Positions 9,244 to 18,409 of a stretch of DNA of 32,000 nucleotides are shown here, piece after piece; the first letter of the stretch is position 1; each line of letters begins with the position of its first letter. A program made the position numbers and the translations under genes. Source of the DNA: Erysipelotrichaceae bacterium (lineage in GTDB: Bacteria > Bacillota_I > Bacilli_A > Erysipelotrichales > Erysipelotrichaceae); NCBI GenBank assembly GCA_963663995.1, contig OY760660.1, forward strand, positions 600,001-632,000, read 5' to 3'. The notes beneath the pieces are model-generated. The model searched no databases, had not been told where the DNA came from, and saw only the letters and a program-made list of their open reading frames with translations.

Positions 9244-10641
9244 CTACACTTTTCTTTTAGGTCGAATAACAAGTCCTAATAAAATGACAGCGATTGATAA
9301 ACCTAAATATAAAGCAACCTTGGGATTAGAGAACGCACCATAGAGCGCTGCAATCGCCCCAATGATCGCAAAGAATGGAAAGATTAATCCATAACTTGTT
9401 TCTTTAATCTTGCCATTTTTAAAGTCATTGATAATACCCATAAAGATGGCTAATAAGAAGACATACATCAACATAATCGATATTTCATCAATGGAAATCC
9501 CCGAAAATACTGACCAATTAAGGAAAATAACGCCCGTTGTGGTAGAAAAATGAATGATTAACCAAAAGACTGAAATAATTAAAGTTAAAATGGCTGATGC
9601 ATAAGGGATATCTGTTTTTTCATCTACCTTTGATAAAGTTTCACTCATTGGTAATTCATGACGTAGTGCTAAAGCATACGGTAATCTAATATACGCCAAG
9701 ATTAAACCATTCAATGTTCCTGTAATGGAAATTGTCACCGCTAATAAAACTAAACGATAACCGATATCACCAAAAATGATTTGCGCAAATAGGGATACAG
9801 CTCCATCCCCAAGCTCTAATATTTTCTCAGGTCCTAAAACCGTATTAATCCCAATAAAGTAAGCTACATAAATTAACATGATGATTAAAGGTGAAATACT
9901 TAAAGCGAGTGGAAGATTACGTTTAGGATTCTTAATTTCATGGGCAATAGATGGCGCGACTTGCCAACCATCATAGGCAAAGGCGATTGGTACTAAAGCA
10001 ACAAAGAAACCAGATGATATCATCGTGACATCGGACATATGGAAGACTTCTGTTGTTGAACCTTTAGTAATCCCAAAGAACGCTAAGATAATTAAAGCTG
10101 ACAGTTTAATAATCATCGCTGCTGATTGAAAACGACCAGCCCACAGTGTTTTAAAGCTATTTAAAAGATAAATCGATAAAATTAATAAAATTGATAAAAC
10201 CCATTCATTGACTGAAAAAGGAAATGTCCATTCAGGTAAAAAACTTAAAGATATGCCAAATAATGTTTGTGGACTTGTCCAGCCTAAAAGCATCGACAAA
10301 TACATGGCTGATACCCACGATAAAACAGCCGATAAAATGGGATAATAGAAGACTGTTTGAAACCAACCTGCTAAATAACCTAAATTCTTTCCCCAAGTCA
10401 TTTCACAGTAAGTAATTAAACCACCGACATTTTCATCACGTTTTGCAAGTACTGCAATACTTAATGTCCCAAATACGATACCAATCCCACCAAGTATCCA
10501 TGCTAGTACACCTAATAGTACAGAGCCATTAACAGCAGCTAATATATTATCTGTTTTAAAGAAAATCCCCGATCCCACAACGATTCCAACAATCATTGAA
10601 ATAGCTGTTAATAAACCAAACTTACGCTTTTGCGTATTCAT
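9244..10641 (-). CDS. APC-superfamily amino acid permease
   Basis: 465 aa with about 12 TM segments. The N-terminal signature is LLTAISMIVGIVVGSGIFFK. AAGGAG SD. Substrate not inferable. Confidence 0.85.
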   Translation of the reverse strand: MNTQKRKFGLLTAISMIVGIVVGSGIFFKTDNILAAVNGSVLLGVLAWILGGIGIVFGTLSIAVLAKRDENVGGLITYCEMTWGKNLGYLAGWFQTVFYYPILSAVLSWVSAMYLSMLLGWTSPQTLFGISLSFLPEWTFPFSVNEWVLSILLILSIYLLNSFKTLWAGRFQSAAMIIKLSALIILAFFGITKGSTTEVFHMSDVTMISSGFFVALVPIAFAYDGWQVAPSIAHEIKNPKRNLPLALSISPLIIMLIYVAYFIGINTVLGPEKILELGDGAVSLFAQIIFGDIGYRLVLLAVTISITGTLNGLILAYIRLPYALALRHELPMSETLSKVDEKTDIPYASAILTLIISVFWLIIHFSTTTGVIFLNWSVFSGISIDEISIMLMYVFLLAIFMGIINDFKNGKIKETSYGLIFPFFAIIGAIAALYGAFSNPKVALYLGLSIAVILLGLVIRPKRKV

Positions 10642-10675
10642 AAATCGATTTCTCCTTAGTAAATAAGACTAGTTT

Positions 10676-10704
10676 AGTAAAGCATTTGTAGATATTTTCG
10701 TCAA
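10676..10704 (-). promoter_or_regulatory. Putative sigma-A-type promoter of the permease (TTGACG-17-TTTACT)
   Basis: The rc of 10699-10704 is TTGACG and the rc of 10676-10681 is TTTACT, with a 17-nt spacer. The -10 is weak. Confidence 0.35.
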
Positions 10705-10729
10705 TATTACTTGTATTTTTCTCACATCG

Positions 10730-10737
10730 TGTATAAT
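10730..10737 (+). promoter_or_regulatory. Putative -10 (TG-TATAAT) for the spx-like gene
   Basis: TGTATAAT at 10730-10737, about 20 nt upstream of the GGAGG SD at 10746-10750. It lies inside the track's artificial N-terminal extension. Confidence 0.45.
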
Positions 10738-10758
10738 TATCCTACGGAGGAAATGCCC

Positions 10759-11232
10759 ATGATCGTTGTTTACACATCACCTGGTTGTGCAAGCTGTCGT
10801 AAAGTTAAGCAATGGCTTAAAGATCGCGACCTAAAATATCTTGAAAAAAACATCTTCTCCACACTCTTAAACGAAAATGAGATTAAACATCTATTAATGC
10901 GTAGTGAAAATGGTACTGAAGATATCATTTCTAAACGTTCAAAGATTATCCAAGAAACAAAAATCGATTTAGAGGAAATGTCTGTAAAAGAATTGGTTAA
11001 GTTTATTCAACTCAACCCTTCTGTTCTTAAAAGACCAATCATCCTCAATGAAAGAAGTTTCCAAGTGGGTTATGACGAAGAAGAAATTGATGCCTTTGTG
11101 CCAAAAGAACTTAGACGTGTGGCAAAAGAAGCATGTACAGCTGATTGTCCAAATTACCCAATTTGTGGCGATTGTCATAATGATACTGATTTAGATAAAC
11201 TTGACCAACCAAGACTAAAAATCACTCCTTAA
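10759..11232 (+). CDS. spx: Spx/ArsC-family redox-sensing regulator with a C-terminal Cys-rich extension
   Basis: MIVVYTSPGCASCRKVKQWL (CxxC), RSKII and LKRPIILNERSFQVGYDEEEI align with Spx as I remember it. ATG 10759 lies 8 nt after GGAGG. It is about 26 aa longer than the 131-aa B. subtilis Spx. Confidence 0.8.
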   Translation: MIVVYTSPGCASCRKVKQWLKDRDLKYLEKNIFSTLLNENEIKHLLMRSENGTEDIISKRSKIIQETKIDLEEMSVKELVKFIQLNPSVLKRPIILNERSFQVGYDEEEIDAFVPKELRRVAKEACTADCPNYPICGDCHNDTDLDKLDQPRLKITP

Positions 11233-11246
11233 AAGAGTGGTTTTTT
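11223..11246 (+). terminator. Rho-independent terminator after spx
   Basis: CACTC-CTTAAAA-GAGTG followed by GTTTTTTATT. The hairpin spans the stop codon. Confidence 0.7.
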
Positions 11247-11250
11247 ATTG

Positions 11251-11259
11251 TGCTATAAT
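11251..11259 (+). promoter_or_regulatory. Extended -10 promoter TGCTATAAT directly abutting the mnmA start
   Basis: A perfect TGnTATAAT. The ATGs lie at 11264 and 11270, 4 and 10 nt past the box, with no SD between. Confidence 0.6.
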
Positions 11260-11263
11260 GTGA

Positions 11264-12412
11264 ATGTTTATGAAAATACTTGTAGGATTATCCGGTGGTG
11301 TAGATAGTGCCATTGCAGCTTATTTATTAAAAGAAGCAGGTCATGATGTGACCTGTGCTTTTATGCGCAATTGGGATTCTTTAACCAATAATGATATTTT
11401 AGGTAACCCAACTTTAGATGAAGCCATCTGTACCCAAGAACAGGACTATGAAGATGCGAAAATCGTTGCTCAACAATTAGGTTTACCCCTAGAAAGAGTC
11501 GACTATATTCAAGAGTACTGGGATAATGTCTTCCAAACTTTTTTAGATGAATATGAAAAAGGACGTACCCCAAATCCTGATATCTTATGTAATAAATATA
11601 TTAAGTTTGATGCTTTCTTTAAATATGCACAAGACAATGGTTTTGATTACTTAGCAACTGGTCACTATGCACGCGTTGAACATAGTGAGCATTCATCTAA
11701 ACTTTTAAGAGCTAAGGATCGTAATAAAGATCAATCTTATTTCTTATGTCAAATATCACAAAAAGCCCTTCAAAAAACACTGTTTCCTTTAGGTGAATTA
11801 ACCAAACCACAAGTAAGAGAAATTGCTGAAAAACTAAATATTCAAGTTGCCCACAAAAAAGATTCAACGGGAATCTGTTTTATCGGTGAGCGTAACTTTA
11901 GACAATTCTTAAGTAATTATTTACCTGCCAAAAATGGCAAAATCATTAACTTAGAAAATAAAGAAGTCATCGGTGATCATAAAGGTGTACTTTATTACAC
12001 ACTTGGTCAAAGAAAAGGATTAGATATCTCAGCCCATAGAGGTCCTTGGTTTGTCGTTGGTAAAGATATTTATAAGAATGAATTATATGTTGTTAAAGGT
12101 GAAGATAATCCATGGTTATTTAATACATCTTGTAATGTAACTGATTTAAATTGGTTTAATCCAATCGACTTTAATCAAACCATTAAATGCACAGCTAAGT
12201 TTAGATATCGTCAACCTGATCAAGATGTTTATTTAAGAAAGATTGATAATAAGACGATTCGTGTTTCATTTCCGCAAGGCATTAAAGCAGTTGTGCCAGG
12301 ACAAGAAGCTGTTTTCTATGTTGGTGATGTTTGTTTAGGGGGTGGCATTATTGATGTCATCTATAAAGAAGATGTTGATGTGAGAAAACTGGTTGAGGAT
12401 AAACTTAAATGA
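11264..12412 (+). CDS. mnmA: tRNA 2-thiouridine(34) synthase MnmA
   Basis: PP-loop GLSGGVDSAIAAYLL, with NPDILCNKYIKF, RAKDRNKDQSYFL and GICFIGE. The true start may be the second ATG at 11270 (MKILVGLSGG). Confidence 0.95.
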   Translation: MFMKILVGLSGGVDSAIAAYLLKEAGHDVTCAFMRNWDSLTNNDILGNPTLDEAICTQEQDYEDAKIVAQQLGLPLERVDYIQEYWDNVFQTFLDEYEKGRTPNPDILCNKYIKFDAFFKYAQDNGFDYLATGHYARVEHSEHSSKLLRAKDRNKDQSYFLCQISQKALQKTLFPLGELTKPQVREIAEKLNIQVAHKKDSTGICFIGERNFRQFLSNYLPAKNGKIINLENKEVIGDHKGVLYYTLGQRKGLDISAHRGPWFVVGKDIYKNELYVVKGEDNPWLFNTSCNVTDLNWFNPIDFNQTIKCTAKFRYRQPDQDVYLRKIDNKTIRVSFPQGIKAVVPGQEAVFYVGDVCLGGGIIDVIYKEDVDVRKLVEDKLK

Positions 12413-13095
12413 TTAGCTCATTAAGTAAAAGCAATACTTGGCTTTTATTTATCCATTTAACCTTAGGTCAATCCATACTCTATCCCTTCTTTTTTAGATC
12501 ACTAATATCATTCAGTCATCTCGATACAATCATAAACGCACAAATGATTAATATCTTTTTAGAAACTATCATAATAATTATGTCTTTATGGATAGCCAAA
12601 GATCTCATTATCGAGAGTGCAAAACATTTTAAAGAACATGCATTATCTAATATTAAACTTGTCTTTAAACTCTTTCCCCTTCTCTATTTAGCGAGTTTTG
12701 TTTTTAATTTACTTGCACAATACTTTAGTCCCTCTGATATCGCGGCTAATCAATCACTTTTAAATGAATTATTTGTTTCATCACCACTCTATATTGCTTT
12801 TGCGGCGATTATTTATGCGCCAATCATGGAAGAACTTTTATTTAGAGCTTATTTCTATGGTTTATTTGAAAAGAAAAGCATACCTTTAGCCATCATTATT
12901 TCAGGACTTGTTTTTGGTTTAGCCCATATGGGAGTCAGTTCATTTTCACTTGCTGATTTAGCTTTTTTACCGAGTTATGCGGCTTTAGGGATGATTATTG
13001 CGTATAGTTATGCTAAGACAAGAACGTTATTTACACCCATGCTTTTACACTTTCTCAATAATTTTGTCGGTATTCTAATCATGGCTTTACTCTAA
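12409..13095 (+). CDS. CPBP (CAAX/Abi) family intramembrane metalloprotease
   Basis: 228 aa, polytopic. Motifs EELLFRAYFYG (EExxxR), FGLAHM (FxxxH) and HFLNNF (HxxxN). ATGA overlap with mnmA. Confidence 0.8.
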   Translation: MISSLSKSNTWLLFIHLTLGQSILYPFFFRSLISFSHLDTIINAQMINIFLETIIIIMSLWIAKDLIIESAKHFKEHALSNIKLVFKLFPLLYLASFVFNLLAQYFSPSDIAANQSLLNELFVSSPLYIAFAAIIYAPIMEELLFRAYFYGLFEKKSIPLAIIISGLVFGLAHMGVSSFSLADLAFLPSYAALGMIIAYSYAKTRTLFTPMLLHFLNNFVGILIMALL

Positions 13096-15258
13096 ATGGA
13101 AAACTCTATCGAAATAAAAGGTCAATTTGGCCATATCATCTATAAAGATAAAAAAACACGCTACACTGTCGTGCGTTTTCGTTTATATGAACTAAATGAG
13201 AAAAACATCACAGTAACGGGTTATTTACCTGATTTCCCAAAAGATATTATGGTTTCTTTAACGGGTACTTATGTGGAACATCCCCGTTTCGGTTTACAGT
13301 TTTCCGTTTCTTCTTATCGCAGAATATTACCAAGTGAACCAGATTCAATTGTTTCTTTTTTAAGTTCACCTTTATTTGTTGGGATTGGTAAGAAATTTGC
13401 GGAAAGTATTGTCGATACATTGGGCGATGATTGTTTAAATGAACTGAAAGAAAATCCAGAACTTTTAAGAGAAGTTAAGGGTTACACAGATAAGAAAAAA
13501 CAAGCCATCATAGAAGGTTTTACCCTAGCGGGCGAAGATGAAGAAGCCTTGCGTTTTTTTAGTACCCATGGATTTGGCATACGTAATGTCATGCGCTTAG
13601 AAAAAGTCTATGGCAAAAAAGCTTATGAAATCATCAAAGAAAACCCCTATCGAATGTGTGATGAAGTCGATGGCATTGGTTTTAAAACAGCTGATAAATT
13701 AGCCTTATCAATGGGTTTTGAAATCGATGATTATCGACGATTAAAAGCAGCTTGTACAGCTTTAGTTATGGATATTTGTATGCGTACTGGTGATTCTTAT
13801 GCACCCTACGCCTTAGTTGAAGAGCGTTTCTTTAAACAGTTTCCTGAGGCACATTTCGAAGAAGTTTTAGAAGCTTGTTTAAATGAGCGTAAACTGGTCG
13901 ATGAGGATGGCATGATTTTTCCTTTATCACAGTATATCGAAGAGCGTTATGTTGCCCGTATTTTAAGTCAATTTCCTTATGAAACATTAGATGATGTTGA
14001 TCCTTTAAAACTTGAAGAACAAATCATACTTTTTGAAAATGAAATCAATATTCAATATGATGATCAACAAAAAGAAGCGATTCATCAATTCTTTACTGAA
14101 GCTTTTATGATTTTAACGGGTGGACCAGGAACTGGTAAAACAACCGTTGTAGGCGCGATGATTCATTTATTTAAGCGTCTATACCCTTCTTATTCTCTTG
14201 CGTGTATTGCCCCAACGGGTCGTGCGGCCAAGCGCTTAAGTGAAATTAATGAAGTGCAAGCATATACAATCCACTCTTTATTAAAGTGGGATTTAGAAAC
14301 CAATACCTTTGGCAAAAATGAACAAGAACCTTTAGAGGTAGATGTTTTAATCATTGACGAGTTCTCGATGGTTGATACCTATTTATTTGCCCAACTTTTA
14401 AAAGCCTCACAAAAAGTAAAGAAAATCTTAATTGTCGGTGATCGTGATCAATTACCTTCTGTTGCCCCAGGTAACGTCTTATCAGATTTAATTGAATCTA
14501 ATCAATTTCATAGTGTGGCATTACAAACCATATATCGCCAAGAAAGTGGTTCTGATGTGATTACTTTAGCGCATCAAATACGTGAAGAAAAAATAGATTT
14601 TTCTGTTTTAGATAAAGACATTCAGTGGTATGAAGGCTCACCTTACGAAGCAAAACAAGCCTTATTAAACACGGTAGCAAAAGCTTTGGATTCAGGCTAT
14701 TCAATCCATGATTTTCAAGTGCTATCACCGATGTATTCAGGTGTGATGGGGATTGATAATCTGAATCATTTACTTCAAAAGCTTTGTAATCCTCAAGATG
14801 AATTTAAACGTGAACATAAAGTTGGATCGATTACCTTTAGAGAAGGTGATAAAATCTTACAACTTAAAAATCAACCCAGTGATGATGTCTATAATGGCGA
14901 CATTGGTGAGTTGATAGAGATTATTTTTGCACGCGAAGATGAAAGTAAACAAAATCGATTGATTGTTGATTTTGATGGACGTATTGTTGAATACACATCA
15001 GAAAATATCTTAAATATAGCTTTAGCCTATTGTGTCTCTGTCCATAAATCTCAGGGTTCAGAATATTCGATTGTGATGATGCCTATCTTAAAAGAACACA
15101 GCATTCTATTAAAGAAACGACTTTTATATACGGCAATTACACGGGCTTCTAAGAAATTACTTCTTTTTGGTGATTCTGCCCTCTTTATTCATCAAGCTCA
15201 ATTGGCTTTAGAGCGCAAACGTTGTACACGACTTTTATCGCATTTAAGTTCTTTGTGA
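13096..15258 (+). CDS. recD2: SF1B ATP-dependent DNA helicase RecD2 (RecD/TraA family)
   Basis: 720 aa. Walker A GGPGTGKTT, Walker B VLIIDEFSMVD, GDRDQLPSV, and VHKSQGSEY...YTAITRA near the C-terminus. The ATG immediately follows the CPBP TAA. Confidence 0.9.
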   Translation: MENSIEIKGQFGHIIYKDKKTRYTVVRFRLYELNEKNITVTGYLPDFPKDIMVSLTGTYVEHPRFGLQFSVSSYRRILPSEPDSIVSFLSSPLFVGIGKKFAESIVDTLGDDCLNELKENPELLREVKGYTDKKKQAIIEGFTLAGEDEEALRFFSTHGFGIRNVMRLEKVYGKKAYEIIKENPYRMCDEVDGIGFKTADKLALSMGFEIDDYRRLKAACTALVMDICMRTGDSYAPYALVEERFFKQFPEAHFEEVLEACLNERKLVDEDGMIFPLSQYIEERYVARILSQFPYETLDDVDPLKLEEQIILFENEINIQYDDQQKEAIHQFFTEAFMILTGGPGTGKTTVVGAMIHLFKRLYPSYSLACIAPTGRAAKRLSEINEVQAYTIHSLLKWDLETNTFGKNEQEPLEVDVLIIDEFSMVDTYLFAQLLKASQKVKKILIVGDRDQLPSVAPGNVLSDLIESNQFHSVALQTIYRQESGSDVITLAHQIREEKIDFSVLDKDIQWYEGSPYEAKQALLNTVAKALDSGYSIHDFQVLSPMYSGVMGIDNLNHLLQKLCNPQDEFKREHKVGSITFREGDKILQLKNQPSDDVYNGDIGELIEIIFAREDESKQNRLIVDFDGRIVEYTSENILNIALAYCVSVHKSQGSEYSIVMMPILKEHSILLKKRLLYTAITRASKKLLLFGDSALFIHQAQLALERKRCTRLLSHLSSL

Positions 15259-15264
15259 TATAAT
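15256..15264 (+). promoter_or_regulatory. Extended -10 promoter TGATATAAT, 6 nt before ATG 15271
   Basis: The TGA of this box is the recD2 stop codon. The 6-nt spacer is TGACAT, with no SD. Confidence 0.55.
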
Positions 15265-15270
15265 TGACAT

Positions 15271-15564
15271 ATGAAAAATCTAAGACAAATTGCTCGTTAT
15301 TTACTGATTGGGTATGCAATTGTTTTAGCTGGATTATTTCCATTTTTACCAAATGAAATCCCAATGCAATATTCAATGACAGGTACTGTGAACTACACAT
15401 TACCTAAATTTTTTGCCCTCTTAGCAATGTTGGCATTAAATGTTGTGATTGTCCTTGTGTTGGATAGAAGAACTAAGAATGAAGATTACCCATCTAAACA
15501 TATCATTACTCAAATCACACTTATTGTGGTTACTTTAGCATTGTTGCTTAAAAATGTATTTTAG
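15271..15564 (+). CDS. Small membrane protein, DUF1648 (SdpI N-terminal-like)
   Basis: 97 aa with three predicted TM segments. LPNEIPMQYSMTGTVNYTLPKFF resembles the DUF1648 lPxxiPxHfxxxGxxxxxxxK loop as I recall it. Confidence 0.55.
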   Translation: MKNLRQIARYLLIGYAIVLAGLFPFLPNEIPMQYSMTGTVNYTLPKFFALLAMLALNVVIVLVLDRRTKNEDYPSKHIITQITLIVVTLALLLKNVF

Positions 15565-15572
15565 GAGCTTGT

Positions 15573-16295
15573 ATGATCGAAATTAAAAATGTTTCAAAAA
15601 CGTATTCTGGCAAAGTTAAAGCGGTAGATGCTTTAAGCTTGCGCGTTCAAAAAGGTGAAATCATTGGATTTATTGGACCTAATGGAGCAGGTAAAACAAC
15701 CACTATTAAAATGATGACAGGAATTTTAGAAGCCGATGAGGGAGAAATTGAACTTAATGGGATATCCATTAAAGATAATCCTCTTTTAGCTAAACAACAA
15801 TTTGGTTATGTCGCTGATAGTCCTGATTTATTTCTAAGACTAAAAGGCATCGAATATATTAACTTCATGGCTGATATTTATGGCGTTGAGAGTCAATTAC
15901 GTCGTGAGCGAATTGAAAAGTATGCTCAAATGTTTGAAATGACTGCTGCCTTAAATGATAAGATTCTTTCTTATTCACATGGGATGCGACAAAAAATCAT
16001 CCTTATGGGTGCCCTTGTTCATGAACCATCGATATGGATTTTAGATGAACCCCTCACTGGTTTAGATCCACAATCTGCTTATGCTTTAAAAGAAGCGATG
16101 CGAGAACATACCCAAAAAGGTAATACTGTTTTCTTCTCAACACATGTATTAGAGGTAGCTGAGAAATTATGTACACGTATTGTGATTATCGATCATGGAA
16201 AAATCCAATTTAATGGCACTTTAGACTCATTAAAAGAAAACTATCCAAATGAATCATTAGAAGCAATATTCTTGAAGGTTGTTAAGAATGACTAG
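15573..16295 (+). CDS. ABC transporter ATP-binding protein (ABC-2/DrrA-like)
   Basis: Walker A GPNGAGKTT, Q-loop, signature YSHGMRQK, Walker B WILDEPLTGLD, H-loop STHVL. AGGAG SD. Confidence 0.9.
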   Translation: MIEIKNVSKTYSGKVKAVDALSLRVQKGEIIGFIGPNGAGKTTTIKMMTGILEADEGEIELNGISIKDNPLLAKQQFGYVADSPDLFLRLKGIEYINFMADIYGVESQLRRERIEKYAQMFEMTAALNDKILSYSHGMRQKIILMGALVHEPSIWILDEPLTGLDPQSAYALKEAMREHTQKGNTVFFSTHVLEVAEKLCTRIVIIDHGKIQFNGTLDSLKENYPNESLEAIFLKVVKND

Positions 16296-17952
16296 GCTTT
16301 TAAGTTTAACTAAAGTTAGTCTTAAAAATATCTTGAGTTTTCGTGATGGCAAAATTAAACGTAATAAACTCAATCGCTATTTGCCACTACTCTTAGCACT
16401 TTTAATTATCCCTTCTTTAGGAACTTATGTCTTTTTGATCCGTGAACTTGTATTAGTTCTTCTACCGATTCAACAAGAAGGTTTAGTCATTGGACTTTTA
16501 TTAGCTGGTTCAGCGATGGTTATTTTCTTTTTTGGAATCTTTTTGATTCCATCGGTTTTCTATTTTAGTAAAGACATAGAAACACTATTAAGCCTACCTT
16601 TAAAACCTTATGAAATACTTCTGAGCAAGTTAATTGTCACCATCGTTTATGAGTACATTAGTGAAGCTATAATATTTACGATTGTTTTAGCGGCGTATAT
16701 TCCGCTTGTTCAACCAGGGATTCTCTTTTATGTATATGGTATTATCGTCTTTATCCTACTTCCGATTGTACCTTTAATTATTGATGCTTTTATTATTATG
16801 TTTATTATGATTTTCTTACCTTTTGCGAAAAACAAAGACTTCTTCAATTATCTTAGTGGCTTCTTAGCTTTAGTCTTTGCGATTGGCATAAACATCTTTA
16901 TTCAAGGCAATATGGTACAGATGTCACAAGCTGAAATTGTTGGACTATTAGAAACGGGAAATAATTCATTAATGAATTTCTATGCTGTTTTTATTCCAAC
17001 TGTCCCATTTGCAGTTAAAGCAATTGTCAGTTCATCAAGGTTTGATATCTTGATCTATCTAGGCTTAAGTATCATTTTCCTTCTTATCTTTATTTTCTTT
17101 GCGCAAATGGTTTATTTTAGAGGTGTTATTGGTGTCAGTGAAACGGGCGCAAATCGTAAAATTTTGAGTGATAAAGCTTACACAAAATCAACAACTCACA
17201 ATAAACCTATTATGACTTATGCCTTAAAAGAGCTTAAAATTATGTTAAGAACCCCTGTTTATTTTATGAACAATATTTCTACTGTAATTATTATGCCTAT
17301 CATTTTGTTTGTCGCGATGGGACCAAATCTCTTAGCAGAAGAAAACACTAGCATTCAAGAAATTAGTGCTATGTTGCCATGGAAAACGATGGAAATGGCT
17401 GTTTATGCTTTAGCTGTTGGCCTTGCAGCTGGGCTATTTATGAGTGGTATGAACTTGATTACCTGTACAGCAATTTCTCGTGAAGGAAGCAATGTATGGT
17501 TCATGAAGTCCATTCCTATGTCATACTTTGATCAAGCCATCGCCAAAATTATTCCTGGTTTAGTTATTTCAGCGATCGGTGGATTATTCTTTGTTTTACC
17601 CATTGGAATTATCTTAAGGGCTGATGTGATGAGCTTTGTTTATGCTTTTGTTGGCTTAGGATTAGGTGTCATCATCATGAATTTCTGGGGTCTAATCGTC
17701 GATATTTATCACCCAAAACTTGTTTGGGAACAAGAAACCGCTGCTGTTAAACAAAATTTAAATGCTGTCTTTACGATGGTACCTGGTTTTGGCATCAGTG
17801 GTGGCTTAGTCTTTCTGATTTTTAAATTATCAAGCTTAAATGATTTGTTAGTCTTCGCATTATTATTAATCATTTCGATCGCTTTAGCTTTAGGGTCTGT
17901 GATCCTTGTTCATAGTAATAGTGATAAAGGAATGGCAAGAATCGAAGCTTAA
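16288..17952 (+). CDS. Large polytopic membrane protein, putative ABC exporter permease
   Basis: About 554 aa with well over 10 hydrophobic segments. ATG 16288 overlaps the ATPase stop (ATGACTAG) and lies 9 nt after GAAGG. I recognised no catalytic motif, so the assignment rests on context and topology. Confidence 0.55.
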   Translation: MTRLLSLTKVSLKNILSFRDGKIKRNKLNRYLPLLLALLIIPSLGTYVFLIRELVLVLLPIQQEGLVIGLLLAGSAMVIFFFGIFLIPSVFYFSKDIETLLSLPLKPYEILLSKLIVTIVYEYISEAIIFTIVLAAYIPLVQPGILFYVYGIIVFILLPIVPLIIDAFIIMFIMIFLPFAKNKDFFNYLSGFLALVFAIGINIFIQGNMVQMSQAEIVGLLETGNNSLMNFYAVFIPTVPFAVKAIVSSSRFDILIYLGLSIIFLLIFIFFAQMVYFRGVIGVSETGANRKILSDKAYTKSTTHNKPIMTYALKELKIMLRTPVYFMNNISTVIIMPIILFVAMGPNLLAEENTSIQEISAMLPWKTMEMAVYALAVGLAAGLFMSGMNLITCTAISREGSNVWFMKSIPMSYFDQAIAKIIPGLVISAIGGLFFVLPIGIILRADVMSFVYAFVGLGLGVIIMNFWGLIVDIYHPKLVWEQETAAVKQNLNAVFTMVPGFGISGGLVFLIFKLSSLNDLLVFALLLIISIALALGSVILVHSNSDKGMARIEA

Positions 17953-17968
17953 AGAAAGGAGCTTAGAT

Positions 17969-18409
17969 ATGAATGTATATATTTGGTTAGTAATTGCGAT
18001 AATCGCAATTGTTGCAGAACTCGCAACCCCTTCTGCCCTTGTTTCTATCTGGTTTGCAGTGGGTGCTGTTGTGACTGCCTTAATTTCAAATGTGATCAGA
18101 CATGATGTACTTGAGATTTTAATCTTTGTGATTATCAGTGCCATTAGTTTTGTTACTTTTAGACCAATGGTTATGAAGTATGTCAAAATAAAGGTAGAGA
18201 ATACAAATGCTGATAGACTGATTGGCTATCAAGGGCGGCTAAGTGAAGCCATCAGCAAAGAAAAATGGGGGGCTCTTGAAATCTCTGGCATAAGATATTC
18301 AGTTAGCTCCAAGAATCAGGAACCGATTGATCAAAATCAATGGGTCAAAGTTGTTGCCTTAAAAGGGGCAAGACTTATCGTCGAAAAGACAGATGAAGGA
18401 GAACAATAA
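17969..18409 (+). CDS. NfeD-family membrane protein (short form with C-terminal OB fold)
   Basis: Two or three N-terminal TM segments. C-terminal beta domain GYQGRLSEAIS...WGALEISGIRYSVSS...WVKVVALKGARLIVEK. ATG 17969 lies 7 nt after AGGAG. Confidence 0.8.
   Translation: MNVYIWLVIAIIAIVAELATPSALVSIWFAVGAVVTALISNVIRHDVLEILIFVIISAISFVTFRPMVMKYVKIKVENTNADRLIGYQGRLSEAISKEKWGALEISGIRYSVSSKNQEPIDQNQWVKVVALKGARLIVEKTDEGEQ

Noticed and set aside
10711-10758. N-terminal extensions in the ORF track: spx 10711, trpS 9001, nfeD 17906, mltG 4204, permease 16279, lipoprotein 20262, radical SAM 28592
   Set aside because: The extensions begin at non-ATG or SD-less codons. They run over the promoter or SD that serves a downstream in-frame ATG giving a canonical N-terminus.
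10224-11573. Antisense ORFs 10224..10415 (+), 10969..11178 (-) and 11361..11573 (-)
   Set aside because: Each lies wholly inside a well-supported gene (permease, spx, mnmA) on the opposite strand and has no translation signals.
15185-15400. 71-aa minus-strand ORF spanning the recD2 / DUF1648 junction
   Set aside because: It runs antisense across a stop codon, a promoter and a start codon that are better explained on the plus strand. It has no SD.
17890-18186. 98-aa minus-strand ORF over the permease / nfeD junction, and 18726..18908 (-) inside the SPFH gene
   Set aside because: Both are antisense to coupled, motif-supported genes. They are mirror-frame artefacts.
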